The notes under the pieces: model-generated
Database searches by the model: none
What the model was told of the DNA's origin: nothing
What the model saw: only the letters and a program-made list of their open reading frames with translations
Program-made: the position numbers and the translations under genes
From: an uncultured Bacteroidia bacterium
GTDB lineage: Bacteria > Bacteroidota > Bacteroidia > Bacteroidales > F082
Direction of reading: 5' to 3'
Length of the DNA stretch: 64,000 nucleotides
Assembly (NCBI GenBank): GCA_902769875.1
Contig: CACXQV010000006.1
Span: 11,759-75,758 of the forward strand
Part shown: positions 61,644-64,000 of the stretch, piece by piece
Layout of the letters: each line of letters opens with the position of its first letter
Position numbering within the stretch: position 1 is the stretch's first letter

Positions 61644-64000
61644 ATGTGTTGGAAACATTTGCCTATTTTGCTGCTGCTTACGGCTTTTTTGGGCTTCGGC
61701 AACGGCGCTTTCGCCCAAATTCAAATCGGTGACGACCTTTCGGAAATCGACTATGCGCGTCCGCAAGAGTACGAAATCGGAGGTATCACCGTCGAAGGCG
61801 CCAAATACGTCGATGCCACGATGCTCAGCTTGATTGCCAATTTGAGGGTCGGCGACAGGGTTGCCATCCCCGGCGACGCCATCGCATCGGGCATCCGCAA
61901 GATTTGGGACCAAGGCTTGTTTGAGGATGTGTCCATCAATGTCATTGATTTCGTGGGCGATAAGGTGTTTCTCCAAATCGTCATCAAGGAGCGTCCGCGT
62001 GTGTCGAAGTTCTCTTTCAGCGGCATCAAGAAATCAGAAGCCGACGAAATCCGCAACAAAATCAACCTTTCGCGAGGCGACATCGCCACCGACCACCTGT
62101 TGACCAAAACCACGCGCATCATCGAGAACTATTACTTTGACAAGGGCTATCTCAACGTGGATATTGACATCAAGCAAGTGGCCGACACCGCCCGCGAGAA
62201 CTACATTGACATGGTCATAGACATTGATAAGGGCGACAAGGTGAAAATCGGTAAAATCAACGTCATCGGCAATAAGGAACTTACTGATGGCCAGGTGCTT
62301 TTGGCGATGAAGGAAACCAAGGAGCGCGGCCATTTCGACCCGCTGAATCCGCTGGGTCCCTTGGTGGTGAACACCGTTGCCGAGGTGCTTACCTTGCATC
62401 CGCTTCGCGCCATCAACGGCATCGAGGAGTATTTTTATGACAACTACCGTCCGCGCATCTTCAAGGCTTCACGTTTCCAAGAGAAGAATTTCGAGGACGA
62501 CAAGAAACTCATCATCGACAAGTACAATTCCAAAGGCTTCCGCGACGCCCGCATCGTCCGCGACTCGGTCTACAAGATTGACAACCACAACTTGGGCATC
62601 GATTTGGTCGTTGACGAGGGGCACAAATACCATTACCGCAGCATCAACTGGACGGGCAACACCAAATACAGCAGCGAGACCTTGGGCAACATCCTTGGCA
62701 TCAAGCCGGGCGACATATATAATAAGGAGTTGCTCGACAAGAACCTGACCTACAGCGAGACCACCTTGGACATCAGTTCGTTGTATATGGATGACGGCTA
62801 CCTTTTCTTCCATGCCGACCCCGTTGAGGTGCAGGTGGAAAACGACTCCATCGACCTCGAAATCCGTCTCACCGAAGGCAAGCAGGCCCGCATCAGCAAC
62901 GTCACTTTGTCGGGCAACACCAAGACCTACGACCACGTTGTGCTTCGCGAGCTTTATTCGCGTCCGGGCCAGCTGTACAGCCGCAGCGATGTGATGCGCT
63001 CCGTCCGCGAGTTGGCCACGTTGGGTTTCTTCAACCAAGAGAACATCACGCCCGACGTGCAACCCAACTTCGCCGACAACACCGTCGACATCGGCTACAG
63101 CGTCGAGGAAGCCGCTGCCGACCAAATCCGTTTCTCGGCTGGCTATGGCGCCAAGATGTTGATGCTTGAGGCAGGATTGCAATTCTCCAACTTCTCGATG
63201 CGGAACATCTTCAACAAGAAGGCTTGGAGACCCTTGCCGATGGGCGATGGACAGAAACTCGGCCTCAATGTGACCACTTTTGGCCGCCGCTACATCGGGT
63301 ATAGCATTTCGTTCACCGAACCTTGGTTGGGCGGACGCAAGCCCAACTCCTTGACGGCATCCTTCTACCAAACGTTCTATTCTAATGGGTATGAAAGGAC
63401 TAATTCCCAATATGGTTGGATCAACATGACGGGTGGTACCATCGGTTTGGGTCGCCGATTGACTTGGCCCGATGACTATTTTTCGCTGTTTCAAGCTGTT
63501 AACGTGAAACGTTATAGCCTCAACAATTATGAATCAGCCCATCTGAATGTCGGCGACGGCAACGGCAAGTTTAATCTTATCAGCTACAGCATCGTCTTGT
63601 CGCGCAACTCGGTGAGCCAGCCTATCTATCCGCGCAACGGCTCCGAGTTCCAAATAGGCTTGGAAATCACGCCGCCTTATTCCTTGTTTGCGAATAAGGA
63701 CTATTCCACGCTCTCCGAAAACGAGAAATACAAATGGATTGAGATGCACCGCTGGACCTTCAAGGCGGCTTGGTTCACCGAACTGTATGATAAACTCGTG
63801 ATGATGACCCGCGTGCGCTTCGGGTACTTGGGCTTCTATAACGACCAGATTGGCCCCACGCCTTTCCACCGTTACTTCCTCGGCGGCGACGGCTTGAGCA
63901 ACGTTTCTTTCGACAGCCGCGAGTTGGTGGGTATGCGTGGATATGGCAACAGCGCACTCACACCGGGCTTCTATAACAGCTCCAACTCGGGAGGCAATGG
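61644..64000 (+). CDS. bamA: outer membrane protein assembly factor BamA (3' end runs off the window)
   Basis: Not in the ORF track because there is no stop codon in the window. My translation from ATG 61644 gives MCWKHLPILLLLTAFLGFGNGAFAQ..., followed by POTRA-like repeats (GITVEGAKYVD; FSFSGIKKSEADEI). The frame stays open to 64000. Confidence 0.85.
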   Translation, partial: MCWKHLPILLLLTAFLGFGNGAFAQIQIGDDLSEIDYARPQEYEIGGITVEGAKYVDATMLSLIANLRVGDRVAIPGDAIASGIRKIWDQGLFEDVSINVIDFVGDKVFLQIVIKERPRVSKFSFSGIKKSEADEIRNKINLSRGDIATDHLLTKTTRIIENYYFDKGYLNVDIDIKQVADTARENYIDMVIDIDKGDKVKIGKINVIGNKELTDGQVLLAMKETKERGHFDPLNPLGPLVVNTVAEVLTLHPLRAINGIEEYFYDNYRPRIFKASRFQEKNFEDDKKLIIDKYNSKGFRDARIVRDSVYKIDNHNLGIDLVVDEGHKYHYRSINWTGNTKYSSETLGNILGIKPGDIYNKELLDKNLTYSETTLDISSLYMDDGYLFFHADPVEVQVENDSIDLEIRLTEGKQARISNVTLSGNTKTYDHVVLRELYSRPGQLYSRSDVMRSVRELATLGFFNQENITPDVQPNFADNTVDIGYSVEEAAADQIRFSAGYGAKMLMLEAGLQFSNFSMRNIFNKKAWRPLPMGDGQKLGLNVTTFGRRYIGYSISFTEPWLGGRKPNSLTASFYQTFYSNGYERTNSQYGWINMTGGTIGLGRRLTWPDDYFSLFQAVNVKRYSLNNYESAHLNVGDGNGKFNLISYSIVLSRNSVSQPIYPRNGSEFQIGLEITPPYSLFANKDYSTLSENEKYKWIEMHRWTFKAAWFTELYDKLVMMTRVRFGYLGFYNDQIGPTPFHRYFLGGDGLSNVSFDSRELVGMRGYGNSALTPGFYNSSNSGGN

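Overview
This 64 kb window looks like a chromosomal segment of a Bacteroidales (Bacteroidota) genome. Evidence for that placement: many TAnnTTTG -7 promoter boxes, no Shine-Dalgarno sequences, lipoprotein signal peptides ending in Cys, and typical gene neighbourhoods (parA-parB-DUF5683-dapB-lepB; tRNA-Gln then rimP-nusA-infB; nadK-DUF6089-uppS-bamA). All product calls come from reading the translated ORFs and recognising motifs from memory. No database search was run.

About 54 protein genes and one tRNA-Gln(TTG) are supported. I saw no rRNA, CRISPR array, integrase or transposase.

Housekeeping blocks are interrupted by small, visibly AT-richer islets carrying accessory or conflict-type genes:
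- A HipA-like kinase translationally coupled to a DUF3037-like protein, between relA/spoT and lepA. This is my top candidate for an undescribed two-gene system.
- A HepT/MntA toxin-antitoxin pair next to an orphan ATP-grasp gene.
- A Bro-N/Fic fusion.
- A NYN-domain protein.
- Five orphan ATPases: three in a row after infB, plus two 528-aa paralogs about 33 kb apart.
- An unknown two-gene tail after lepB.

Other notable content:
- An ECF sigma/anti-sigma pair. Its own promoter (GTAACTTTTT-N11-CGTATTAC) recurs in front of a convergent outer-membrane protein gene.
- A CsgG/DUF4810/DUF799 lipoprotein cluster joined to a giant DUF2723 glycosyltransferase-like gene.
- An unusual number of intergenic repeats: heptamer/octamer microsatellites, 22- and 33-bp helically phased arrays upstream of promoters, an 83-bp x3 palindromic tandem array, a nested 200-bp palindromic MITE/REP-like element, and about 105-bp direct repeats flanking one ATPase gene.

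The long ORFs antisense to GC-rich genes are rejected as artefacts.
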